Shown: positions 28,078-36,949 of the stretch, piece after piece
How the letters are laid out: every line of letters starts with the position of its first letter
How positions within the stretch are numbered: position 1 is the first letter of the stretch
NCBI GenBank assembly: GCA_964595215.1
Contig: CAZQPN010000001.1
Coordinates: 1-45,324, forward strand
Reading direction: 5' to 3'
Source of the DNA: an uncultured Rubrivivax sp.
GTDB taxonomy: Bacteria; Pseudomonadota; Gammaproteobacteria; Burkholderiales; Burkholderiaceae_C
Length of the DNA stretch: 45,324 nucleotides
The notes under the pieces: generated by a model
The model's database searches: none
What the model saw: only the letters and a program-made list of their open reading frames with translations
What the model was told of the DNA's origin: nothing
Translations under genes and position numbers: made by a program

Positions 28078-31000
28078 ATGAAACGCATCCTGAAGTCGCT
28101 GCTTCATCCCCTCGTCCTGACCGCGCTGGCGCTGCTGATGCTGGCGCTGCTCGTGTGGTTCTTCGGCCCGTTGATGTCGCTCGGTGGCTGGCGCCCGCTG
28201 GAAGGCCGGCTCGCGCGCACCATCGCCATCGCCGTCGTCGTGCTGACGGCGGTTGCGGTCGTGCTGGGGCGGGCCTGGCGCCGCAAGCGCAGGAACGCGC
28301 AGCTGCTCGCCGGCATGGCCAGCGGACCCTCGGCCGCCGAGCGCGAAGGCCAGGTGCTGCAGCAGCGCTTCGCCGATGCCCTGAAGGTGCTCGACGAAAG
28401 CGCACGCCAGAGCGGCAAGCGGTCCTGGCTGCGCGGCGGGCAGTACCTCTACGAGCTGCCCTGGTACATGTTCATCGGCGCTCCCGGCTCCGGCAAGACG
28501 ACGGCGCTGATGAACGCCGGCCTGACCTTCCCGCTGGCCGGCAAGATGGGGCAGGCGTCGGTGCGAGGCGTCGGCGGCACGCGCAACTGCGAGTGGTGGT
28601 TCACGAACGAGGCGGTGCTGATCGACACCGCCGGCCGCTACACGCTTCAGCAGTCGGACGAGGCGACCGATGCCTCGGCCTGGAAGACCTTCCTCGCGCT
28701 GCTGAAGAAATCCCGGCCGCGACGGCCGGTCAACGGCGTCCTGCTGACGGTCAACGTGCAGGACCTCCTGCAGCAGTCGCCGGCGGACCGCAAGGAGCAC
28801 GCGCAGCGGCTGCGCGCGCGCCTGCAGGAGCTGCACCAGCACCTCGGCGTGCGACCCCCCGTCTACGTGATGGTCACCAAGTGCGACCTGCTGGCCGGCT
28901 TCAACGAGACCTTCGGCGAGATGGCGCGCGAGGAGCGCGAGCAGGTCTGGGGCTTCACGCTGCCCTACGACGAGGCCGCGGCCCGGTCCGGCACGCCGCT
29001 GCAGGCCTACGCGGCCGAGTTCGCCGCGCTCGAGGAGCGCCTGCGAGGACAGCTGCTGGCGCGCATGCAGGGCGAGTCCGACGTCCTCAAGCGGGCGGCG
29101 ATTTTCGCCTTCCCGCAGCAGTTCGCCGGCCTGAAGGGTCTGCTCGGCGGCTTCCTCGAGCAGGTTTTCGAAGGCGGCGCCGGCCTCGAGGAGCCGGCGC
29201 TGGTGCGCGGCGTGTACTTCACCAGCGGCACGCAGGAAGGCACGCCGATCGATCGCGTGCTCGGCACGCTGGGGCGCACCTTCGGCGTCGACGGCCGCGC
29301 CGCGTCGATCGCGCCGGCGCGCGGCAAGAGCTTCTTCCTCACCCGGCTGCTGAAGGAGGTGGTCTTCCGCGAGCAGGGCCTGGTCGGCGTCAACCGCCAG
29401 GCCGAGGCGCGGCGACGCCGTCTGCGTCTGGCCACGGTCGGCGGCATCGCGCTGCTGTTCGTTGCTGCCGGTGCCGGCTGGGCGGTCAGTTTCGTGCGCA
29501 ACCAGTCCTACATTGCCGAGGTCGAGGCGCGCGTCCCCGAACTGCAGGCGGCCGTGGCGGAGCTGCCACCGGCCACCGGCGCCGAGTTGTCGGTGCTGCC
29601 GCAGGTGCTGGACCGCGCGGCTGCCCTGCCCCGCCCGAGCGGCTTCGCGCTCGACGAGCCGCCACTGCTCAACACGCTCGGTCTGTACGAGGGCCGGCAC
29701 GTCGCCGCGGGCGCCGACATCGCATACCGCAAGCTGCTCGACAAGGCCCTGCTGCCGCGCGTGACCAAGCGCCTCGAGGAACGGCTGCGTGCAGTCGACC
29801 GCAGCAACCTCGAGCTCGCCTACGAGTCGCTCAAGCACTACCTGATGCTCTACACGCCGGAGCACTTCGACGCCGCGTCGCTGAAGGCCTTCGTGAGCCT
29901 GGACTGGGACAGCCAGCTGTCACGCACGCTCAGCGCCGAGCAGCGGCAGGCGCTCGGCCAGCATCTGGAGGCCGCCTTCGCGCGTGGTGCACCGCCGCCA
30001 TTGGCGCCGATGGACGAACCGCTGGTGGCAAACGTGCGCGAGATGCTCACCGCCTATCCGCTGGAGTACCGCATCTTCAGCCGCCTCAAGCGCGCCCGCG
30101 TCGGCTCCGACATTCCGGACTTCACCGCCGCCGGCGCCGCCGGTCCGAATGCCGTCCGCGTCTTCGAGCGCGCCAGCGGGCAGCCGCTGACGCAGGGCAT
30201 CCCCGGGCTGTTCACGCGCGACGGCTATTTCAAGGCCTTCAAGGCGGCCCAGGGAGACGTGGCCAGGACGCTGGCCGAGGAGCAGGGCTGGGTGCTCGGC
30301 GCGCGCGCCGGCGGCAGCGGCGTGGCGGCGGCAGCGGGGGCCACGCTGGGTGTGCCGGCCGCCGAGCTCGACGAGAAGGTGCGACGGCTGTACCTGCAGG
30401 AGTACATCAAGGTCTGGGACCGCTACATCGCCGACGTCCAGATCATCAAGCTCGGCGGACTGGAGAACAGCGTCACCGTGGCCGGCCTGCTGGCAGCACC
30501 GGACTCGCCGTTGAAGGCCTACCTGCGCGGCGTCGCGCGCGAGACGCAGCTGGCGGCAGCGATGGAGCAATCCTTCGCCGGCCAGGTGGCGGCTGCGACG
30601 GCAACGGCCAAGATCGACCGCACGAAGGAGGAGATGGCGCGGCTGCTGGGCACCAACTCGCTGTCCGGATCGGACTCCGGCGGCGCGCCCGGGCGGCCGC
30701 TCGAGGCGATGGTCGATGACCACTTCGCGTCGCTGCACCGTCTGGTGGAAGGTCAACCGGCGCCGATCGACGACGTCGTCAAGCTCTTCAACGAGGTCTA
30801 CGTCCAGCTGACCGCGATCGACGCGGCGCAGAAGAGCCGCACCGCACCGCCCCCCGGCGGCGGCGCCGCCGCCAAGGCCGCCGCCGCGATGCAGCCCGAG
30901 CCGATCAAGTCGATGCTCGAGGCGCTGGCCGATGCCGGCGCGACCCAAGGCCGCAGCGCCGAGCGGCAGGGCCTGACGGCCGAGCTGAAGCCCGTGGCCG

Positions 31001-31656
31001 AACTGTGTACGCGCACGATCGCCGGCCGCTATCCGTTCGCGCAGGGCAGCCGCTCCGACGTGCTGCCCGACGACTTCGGGCAGATGTTCGGCGCCGGCGG
31101 GCTGCTCGACGACTTCTACCAGCGACGTCTGGCTTCGCTGGTCGACACCGGGGTCACGCCATGGGCCTTCCGTCCCCTGCCCGATGGCACCAAGCCGCCT
31201 GGCGGCGCCGCGTTGGCGGACTTCCAGCGCGCGTCGCGCATCCGCGAAGCCTTCTTCCGCGCCGGCGGCAAGGCACCGTCGTTCAAGGTCGACCTGCGCA
31301 TGGTCGAGATGGCGGAGGGTCTGCAGGAGGTCGTGCTCGATGTCGACGGTCAGCCTTTGAAGTTCGCTGCCGGGGACAGCACGCCGCAGACCCTGACCTG
31401 GCCGAGCGCGCGCATCGCGGCGCAGATCCGCCTGAGCGGCCAACCGGGCGGGACCACCCGCACGTTCGAAGGCCCGTGGGCGTTCTTCCGGCTGATCGAT
31501 CAGTTCGAGGTGCAGCCCTCAACCCAGCCGGAGCGCTTTGCCGTGGTGCTCAACGTCGACGGGCGGCGCGCGAAGATGGAGGTCATCTCCGGCAGCGCCA
31601 TCAACCCGCTGCGGCTGCGCGAGTTGCAGACCTTCCGCTGCCCGCAGAGCCTTTGA
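28078..31656 (+). CDS. tssM: T6SS membrane complex TssM/IcmF
   Basis: N-terminal TM helices, LPWY..IGAPGSGKTT, IDTAGRY, RGVYFTSGTQEG, GRYPF, GPWAFFRL. Confidence 0.98.
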   Translation: MKRILKSLLHPLVLTALALLMLALLVWFFGPLMSLGGWRPLEGRLARTIAIAVVVLTAVAVVLGRAWRRKRRNAQLLAGMASGPSAAEREGQVLQQRFADALKVLDESARQSGKRSWLRGGQYLYELPWYMFIGAPGSGKTTALMNAGLTFPLAGKMGQASVRGVGGTRNCEWWFTNEAVLIDTAGRYTLQQSDEATDASAWKTFLALLKKSRPRRPVNGVLLTVNVQDLLQQSPADRKEHAQRLRARLQELHQHLGVRPPVYVMVTKCDLLAGFNETFGEMAREEREQVWGFTLPYDEAAARSGTPLQAYAAEFAALEERLRGQLLARMQGESDVLKRAAIFAFPQQFAGLKGLLGGFLEQVFEGGAGLEEPALVRGVYFTSGTQEGTPIDRVLGTLGRTFGVDGRAASIAPARGKSFFLTRLLKEVVFREQGLVGVNRQAEARRRRLRLATVGGIALLFVAAGAGWAVSFVRNQSYIAEVEARVPELQAAVAELPPATGAELSVLPQVLDRAAALPRPSGFALDEPPLLNTLGLYEGRHVAAGADIAYRKLLDKALLPRVTKRLEERLRAVDRSNLELAYESLKHYLMLYTPEHFDAASLKAFVSLDWDSQLSRTLSAEQRQALGQHLEAAFARGAPPPLAPMDEPLVANVREMLTAYPLEYRIFSRLKRARVGSDIPDFTAAGAAGPNAVRVFERASGQPLTQGIPGLFTRDGYFKAFKAAQGDVARTLAEEQGWVLGARAGGSGVAAAAGATLGVPAAELDEKVRRLYLQEYIKVWDRYIADVQIIKLGGLENSVTVAGLLAAPDSPLKAYLRGVARETQLAAAMEQSFAGQVAAATATAKIDRTKEEMARLLGTNSLSGSDSGGAPGRPLEAMVDDHFASLHRLVEGQPAPIDDVVKLFNEVYVQLTAIDAAQKSRTAPPPGGGAAAKAAAAMQPEPIKSMLEALADAGATQGRSAERQGLTAELKPVAELCTRTIAGRYPFAQGSRSDVLPDDFGQMFGAGGLLDDFYQRRLASLVDTGVTPWAFRPLPDGTKPPGGAALADFQRASRIREAFFRAGGKAPSFKVDLRMVEMAEGLQEVVLDVDGQPLKFAAGDSTPQTLTWPSARIAAQIRLSGQPGGTTRTFEGPWAFFRLIDQFEVQPSTQPERFAVVLNVDGRRAKMEVISGSAINPLRLRELQTFRCPQSL

Positions 31657-31663
31657 GGCCGAT

Positions 31664-32302
31664 GTGCACGGCGTCCCCGGCTGGTATGGCAAGCTGCCGT
31701 CGCTCAGCGACTTCGCGTCGCGTCGCCTGCCGCCCGCGTTCATCGAGCCCTGGGACGACTGGCTGGCCGACGCTCTGGCCGCCTGGCGCGTTGCCGATCC
31801 GGCCTGGCTCGACGCCTACCTCGCCGCACCGACGCTGTGCTTCGTGCTCGGGCCCAGCGCGCTCGCTGTGGGCGGCCGCGAGCCGCCGGGGCCAGCCTGG
31901 GCCGGCGTGCTGATGCCCTCGGTCGACCGCGTCGGCCGCTACTTCCCGTTGACCATCGCCAGCCCGGTGCCCGGGCTGTCCGAGCTCGCCGCCCCCCGGC
32001 TGGTGCACTGGTTGCGCCACACGGCCGAGCGCGCCGCCGACGCTTTGCACCAGGATTGGAGCCCGGCCCGCCTCGACGAGGCCCTCGTCGAGCTGGGTGA
32101 GCTGACCTGGCCGCACTTCGGCCGCGACGACGACGCCGGGGACTTCGCGCTGGCGCTGCGCCGCACCGCGCGCCAGGGCGCGGGCACCCTGTGGTGGCTG
32201 CCCGGTGCCACCGGCGAAGAACGGTTCCGCGAAGCGGAGGGGCTGCCCGATCGCGATGCCTTCATCAGGCTGCTGACGGCCGCACCGGACGCGGCGCCAT
32301 GA
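31664..32302 (+). CDS. tagF: T6SS negative regulator TagF/ImpM
   Basis: PGWYGKLPSLSDF, WDDWL, GVLMPSVDRVGRYFPL; GTG 31664 follows GAGG. Confidence 0.93.
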   Translation: MHGVPGWYGKLPSLSDFASRRLPPAFIEPWDDWLADALAAWRVADPAWLDAYLAAPTLCFVLGPSALAVGGREPPGPAWAGVLMPSVDRVGRYFPLTIASPVPGLSELAAPRLVHWLRHTAERAADALHQDWSPARLDEALVELGELTWPHFGRDDDAGDFALALRRTARQGAGTLWWLPGATGEERFREAEGLPDRDAFIRLLTAAPDAAP

Positions 32303-32336
32303 CAGAACTGAGAGAACCCAACCCAAGGGAGCGACC

Positions 32337-34208
32337 ATGAGCGACGAACAGACGATGAATTTCGCCGGCATCGGACAACCTGCGCCCGACTGGCCCGCCA
32401 GACGCCCGATGCGACTGGCGCTGTTCGGCGACTTCGGCGGCGGCGCCGGGCGCGGTCGCCTGGACACTGGGGCGGCGCTGGCGCGGCGCAAACCGTTAAA
32501 GGTCGAGTACGACACGCTCGAGGACGCGCTTGGCCGACTCGACCTGTCGCTCACACTGCCGGTCGGCGCCGACGGCGCGCCGGTGACGCTGGCCATCGGT
32601 GACCTGGAGTCCTTCCACCCCGACGCGATCTACCGCAATGTCTCGCTGTTCAACGAGCTGTCGGCGCTGCGCAAGCGACTCAACACGCCGGCGACGTTCG
32701 CCGCCGCGGCCAAGGAGGTGATGTCCTGGGGCGGCGAGGCCCTGGCGCGCGCGTCGACGATGGCGCGCCGGGGCGCGGATCGCGGCAGTGCGCCTTCGCG
32801 CAGCGCGACGCTCGACGACTTCGCCCGGCTGACCGGCCGCACCGCGCCGGTCGCACCGGCCGCCGGCGCCGTCGACCGCCTGCTGCAACGTGTCGTCGCC
32901 CCCTTCGTCGTGCCGGCGGCAGATCCGAAGAAGGACGCGCTGCTGACCGCCGTCGACGCCGCGCTCACGGATGCGATGCGGGCGGTACTCCACCACCCGG
33001 ACTTCCAGACCGCCGAATCGCTGTGGCGCGGGGTGGACTTCCTGCTGCGCCGCATCGAGACCAGTCACCAGTTGCAGGTGCACCTGTTCGACGTCAGCGC
33101 CGAGGAGTTCGCGGCCGATCTCAGCGCGGTCGACGACCTGGCCGACAGCGGCCTGTACAAGCTGCTGGTCGAGACCCCGTCGCAGGATGCCGACGGCGGC
33201 TACGCCTACATCGGCGGTTGCTACCGGTTCGACGCCACACCGCCGCACGCCGAGTTGCTCGGCCGCGCAGCGCAGGTCGCCGCACATGCCGGCGCGCCGT
33301 TCATCACCGCCGTCGCCACCGATCCCTTTGCCGACCGCCGGGAGCCGCCGCACCGCCTCGTGCGCGATGCCTTCGCGGCGCTGCGCGAGATGCCGAACGC
33401 GTCTTTCCTGGCGCTGCTCGGCCCGCGCTTCCTGCTGCGCCACCCGTACGGCAAGAAGAGCGACCCGATCTCCAGCTTCGCCTTCGAGGAGTTCAGCCGC
33501 GAAGCCGGGCTGCGCGGCATGCTGTGGGGTCATCCGGCGCTGCTGGCGCTGTACGTGCTCGCCCAGCCCGGGGCGACGACGGTGGTCGACGACCTGCCCT
33601 TCCACTATTTCACCGACGATCACGGCGACTCGGTCGCGCTGCCGTGCACCGACCGGCTGATCAGCACCCAGGTCGCTTCCCTGCTGCGCACCTACGGCAT
33701 CAACGCCGTGATGGCGCACAAGGGCGAGGCGATGGTCAGGCTGGCGGGCCTGGAGGCCGTCAACGGCGACGGCCTGGCGTCCCAGAGCGCCAAGCCTCGC
33801 AAGGCGGCCGACACGCGCTTTGCCGTGCAGTCGCGCATCGGCAAGGCCGGCGCCGAGGTGCGTGCGACCTGGAGCCCGGCAGCCCGCCAGGCGGCCGGTC
33901 CGGCCGCCGCCACCGGCGTGACCGCCGATGCAGCCACGGGCGATGGCGTCGCGCCGGACGCCGACATGTCAGACGGGCCGATGGTCGGCGACGACCTCGA
34001 CGCAGTGGCGCCGCAGGACGATGTCGTGGCCACCACGGACGACGCAGCAGGTGGCGACGCCGCGGCCGAGACCTCGGCCGCCGACGACGAGTTGGCCGCC
34101 CTGCTGGCGAGCCTGGACGAGCCGGCACCGTCGGGCAGCGAGCCAGAGACGGCGGCAGAATCGGGGATCGACGACGAACTGGAGGCCCTGCTGAAGTCGC
34201 TCGGCTGA
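32337..34208 (+). CDS. Single-chain TssB-like + truncated TssC-like sheath paralogue with an acidic tail
   Basis: N-terminal TssB-like motifs (PMRLALFGDF, RKPLKVEYDTLE, LESFHPD); TssC-like motifs (VLHHPDFQTAESLWRG, AAHAGAPFI, PRFLLRHPYG); lacks the TssC C-terminal region. Confidence 0.85.
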   Translation: MSDEQTMNFAGIGQPAPDWPARRPMRLALFGDFGGGAGRGRLDTGAALARRKPLKVEYDTLEDALGRLDLSLTLPVGADGAPVTLAIGDLESFHPDAIYRNVSLFNELSALRKRLNTPATFAAAAKEVMSWGGEALARASTMARRGADRGSAPSRSATLDDFARLTGRTAPVAPAAGAVDRLLQRVVAPFVVPAADPKKDALLTAVDAALTDAMRAVLHHPDFQTAESLWRGVDFLLRRIETSHQLQVHLFDVSAEEFAADLSAVDDLADSGLYKLLVETPSQDADGGYAYIGGCYRFDATPPHAELLGRAAQVAAHAGAPFITAVATDPFADRREPPHRLVRDAFAALREMPNASFLALLGPRFLLRHPYGKKSDPISSFAFEEFSREAGLRGMLWGHPALLALYVLAQPGATTVVDDLPFHYFTDDHGDSVALPCTDRLISTQVASLLRTYGINAVMAHKGEAMVRLAGLEAVNGDGLASQSAKPRKAADTRFAVQSRIGKAGAEVRATWSPAARQAAGPAAATGVTADAATGDGVAPDADMSDGPMVGDDLDAVAPQDDVVATTDDAAGGDAAAETSAADDELAALLASLDEPAPSGSEPETAAESGIDDELEALLKSLG

Positions 34209-34363
34209 CCGGCCGATCGCTGGCGGGGTCCGGTCGCGATGGCCAGCCGGCGTTAGGCGCACGGTCGCCCATCCCTGCCGTGCCGGCCGCTGCAGGCTGG
34301 TACAACCCGCGATGCCGGCATCCGCGATTTGCGGCAAGCTCTTCTTGAAGTTCCCGCCCGCCC

Positions 34364-36346
34364 ATGAGCCCCACTGCCCCTGACGACGACGAGCGTACGC
34401 GCGTCGTCGTCCCTCCGAAACCATATGCACCGCAGGGTCCGGACGAAGCCGGCGCCGGCGCCGCTGCAGACACCGCGAGCCACGTGCCGCCGACGCTCGT
34501 CGATCCGGCCGTCCGTCAGGACCGCGCGGCCGCGCCGGCAGGCGCCGCGACGGCCGCGTCCAGCGCCGGCGACAGCGGCAACGCGCTGCCGCTCGGCACC
34601 TACCTGTCCGAGTTCGAGGTGACCGGCGTCCTCGGCGAAGGCGGCTTCGGCATCGTCTACGTCGCCTGGGACCACTCGCTCGAGCGCAAGGTCGCGCTCA
34701 AGGAGTACATGCCGGCGTCGCTGGCGGCACGCGAGAACACCACCGTGCGCGTGCGATCGGCGCGCCACAAGGAGACCTTCGACGCCGGCCTGAAGAGCTT
34801 CATCAACGAGGCCCGGCTGCTGGCGCAGTTCGACCACCCGTCGCTGGTCAAGGTCTACCGCTTCTGGGAGGCCAACGGCAGCGCCTACATGGTGATGCCG
34901 CTGTACGAGGGCACGACGCTCAAGGACTGCGTCAAGGCCATGCCGCTGCCGCCCGACGAAGCCTGGCTGATGGGCCTGCTGGCTCCGCTGACCGAGGCGC
35001 TGGCTGTCATCCACGCCGAGAACTGCTTCCACCGCGACATCGCGCCCGACAACGTCATCCTGCTGGCCGGCAGCCAGCGCCCGCTGCTGCTGGACTTTGG
35101 CGCCGCGCGGCGCGTCATCAGCGACATGACGCAGGCGCTGACGGTGATCCTCAAGCCCGGCTACGCGCCGGTCGAGCAGTACGCCGAGTCGCCCGACATG
35201 AAGCAGGGGCCGTGGACCGACGTCTACGCGCTGGCGGCCACGGTGCACTGGATCGTCACCGGCAAGACGCCGCCACCGTCGGTCAGCCGGCTCATGACGG
35301 ACAGCTTCGAGCCGTTGGCCCGCAGCGCCGCCGGGCGCTACAGCGACCGCTTCCTTCAGGCCATCGACCGCGCGCTGAAGGTGCGGCCGGACGACCGCAC
35401 GCAGACCATCGCCGCCTTCCGCGACGACCTGGGACTGGGCCCCACCGCGAGCGACTTCGCGCCGCTCGGGACGGGCGCCACCGGGTTCGGCGGGCTTGGC
35501 GACTCGCGCTTCGGCGGGCCGGCCTCGGGCTTCGGCACCACGCAATCGGGCGCAGCCGGCACGGCTGGACGCACCGCCGTCCCGTCGACGGCCGCCGGAA
35601 CGGTCCCGCCCGCGCCGGCACCATCGCCGGCCGGCAAGGGGCTGTGGATCGGCGCCAGCGTCGCGACGCTGGCGGTCGGCATCGTCGGCGGCTACCTGCT
35701 GCTCGGCCAGGGCGCGGCGCCGCCTGCGGCCCAGGAATCGACCGCGGGCGTAGCCGTGGCCCCGGCGACCGCGCCGGAGGCGGCGCCCGTCGCCGTGCCC
35801 GCGGCACCGGTGGCACCCGCCGCCCTGGCGTTCAGCGTGCAGGCGCAGATCGAGCAGCTGATGGCGTCGCAGACGCCGGACTTCATCGTGCGCGCGACGC
35901 CGGCGCGGCCGCAGCTGCGCATCGGACGCGACCGCGTGAGCTTCGACGTCACCTCCAACCGCGACGGCCACCTTCAGGTGCTGCTGCGTGGCCCGGACGG
36001 CACGCTGTATCTCTTCTTCCCCAACGACAAGGCGACGGAGACGCGCATCCGCGCCGGCCAGCGCGTCACTTTGCCGCAGGCGAGCTGGCCGCTGGAGACG
36101 ACCGAGCCAGCGGGCTCGGAGCAGTTCATCGTCGTCGTCAGCGACAGCCCGCGCAGCTGGGCCGACTTCGGCAACCAGCGCGAGTACATCTTCCAGGTGC
36201 TGCCGACCGATGAGCGTGCGGCGGCCCTGGCCGCGAACTGGCCGCACGCCACGCCGCTGCTGCTGGGCGCCCCGGCGCGCGATTGCCAGGGACCGGGCTG
36301 CGACGCCTACGGGGCGGCGACGTTTTCGATCGAGGTGCTGCGCTGA
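34364..36346 (+). CDS. ppkA: Membrane Ser/Thr protein kinase, PpkA-like, with C-terminal DUF4384-like domain
   Basis: GEGGFGIVY, VALKEY, HRDIAPDN, DFGAAR, GYAPVEQY; TM helix (LWIGASVATLAVGIVGGYLLL); DGTLYLFFPN...RIRAGQRVTLP. Confidence 0.9.
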   Translation: MSPTAPDDDERTRVVVPPKPYAPQGPDEAGAGAAADTASHVPPTLVDPAVRQDRAAAPAGAATAASSAGDSGNALPLGTYLSEFEVTGVLGEGGFGIVYVAWDHSLERKVALKEYMPASLAARENTTVRVRSARHKETFDAGLKSFINEARLLAQFDHPSLVKVYRFWEANGSAYMVMPLYEGTTLKDCVKAMPLPPDEAWLMGLLAPLTEALAVIHAENCFHRDIAPDNVILLAGSQRPLLLDFGAARRVISDMTQALTVILKPGYAPVEQYAESPDMKQGPWTDVYALAATVHWIVTGKTPPPSVSRLMTDSFEPLARSAAGRYSDRFLQAIDRALKVRPDDRTQTIAAFRDDLGLGPTASDFAPLGTGATGFGGLGDSRFGGPASGFGTTQSGAAGTAGRTAVPSTAAGTVPPAPAPSPAGKGLWIGASVATLAVGIVGGYLLLGQGAAPPAAQESTAGVAVAPATAPEAAPVAVPAAPVAPAALAFSVQAQIEQLMASQTPDFIVRATPARPQLRIGRDRVSFDVTSNRDGHLQVLLRGPDGTLYLFFPNDKATETRIRAGQRVTLPQASWPLETTEPAGSEQFIVVVSDSPRSWADFGNQREYIFQVLPTDERAAALAANWPHATPLLLGAPARDCQGPGCDAYGAATFSIEVLR

Positions 36347-36420
36347 GGCGCGGACGGGCCGGCGCCGACGTTGCTGGCCAGGGCCGGGACGGGTCGTTCG
36401 GGTCCGTCGGTCGCCGGCGG

Positions 36421-36930
36421 TCAGGCGTGGGTTGCGCCGACGCTGGCCGTGCGGCGATCGACGTCAACCGGTCGACGCATCTGGAACACCCAGTCGCCGC
36501 CGCCGCGCCTGGGCACGCACACGAGGTCGACGCAGCTCCAGCCCAGGCGCTCGTAGTAGCTGAGATGCGACGCGGTGAACAGGCTGAGCCGCGGGATGCG
36601 CAGACCGCGCGTGCGATCCACGGCCGCCTCGCACAGCCTGCGACCGATGCCGCGTCCGCGCGACGCGGGGTCGACGTAGAGGTTCGACAGGCACAAGAGC
36701 GGCCTGCCTGATGCCGGATCGGACTCGGTCTCGAGCGTGACAGTGCCCACGGCACGGCCTTCGCTTAGCGCAAGGAGCATGATGGGGAGCCGGCGCGCCG
36801 ACGTGGCGCGCACCACGCGGGCGCGGACCTCGTCCAAGGTCTCCCCGCGCCGCGCATACCACTCGTCGTGCAACCAGCGGGCCACCTGCGGCCCGCGTCG
36901 GGGCACGAAGCGCAGATCGGCGACGTCCAC
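36421..36930 (-). CDS. GNAT-family N-acetyltransferase
   Basis: Acetyl-CoA motif LSNLYVDPASRGRGIGRRL; YYERLGW. Confidence 0.9.
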   Translation of the reverse strand: MDVADLRFVPRRGPQVARWLHDEWYARRGETLDEVRARVVRATSARRLPIMLLALSEGRAVGTVTLETESDPASGRPLLCLSNLYVDPASRGRGIGRRLCEAAVDRTRGLRIPRLSLFTASHLSYYERLGWSCVDLVCVPRRGGGDWVFQMRRPVDVDRRTASVGATHA

Positions 36931-36949
36931 GCGGCGTCAGCCCCGGTCG

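Larger units (their letters stand above)
2131..36346 (+). other. Type VI secretion system gene cluster, H1-T6SS-like (subtype i3) with a threonine phosphorylation pathway
   Basis: tssA,B,C,hcp,E,F,G,H,vgrG,K,L,M are present with tagJ, fha, pppA, tagF and ppkA. The TssB N-terminus is HsiB1-like. Confidence 0.95.

Noticed and set aside
36359..36417. Imperfect inverted repeat between convergent ppkA and GNAT
   Set aside because: Long loop, no U-tract, and expected by chance at this GC content; not called as a terminator.
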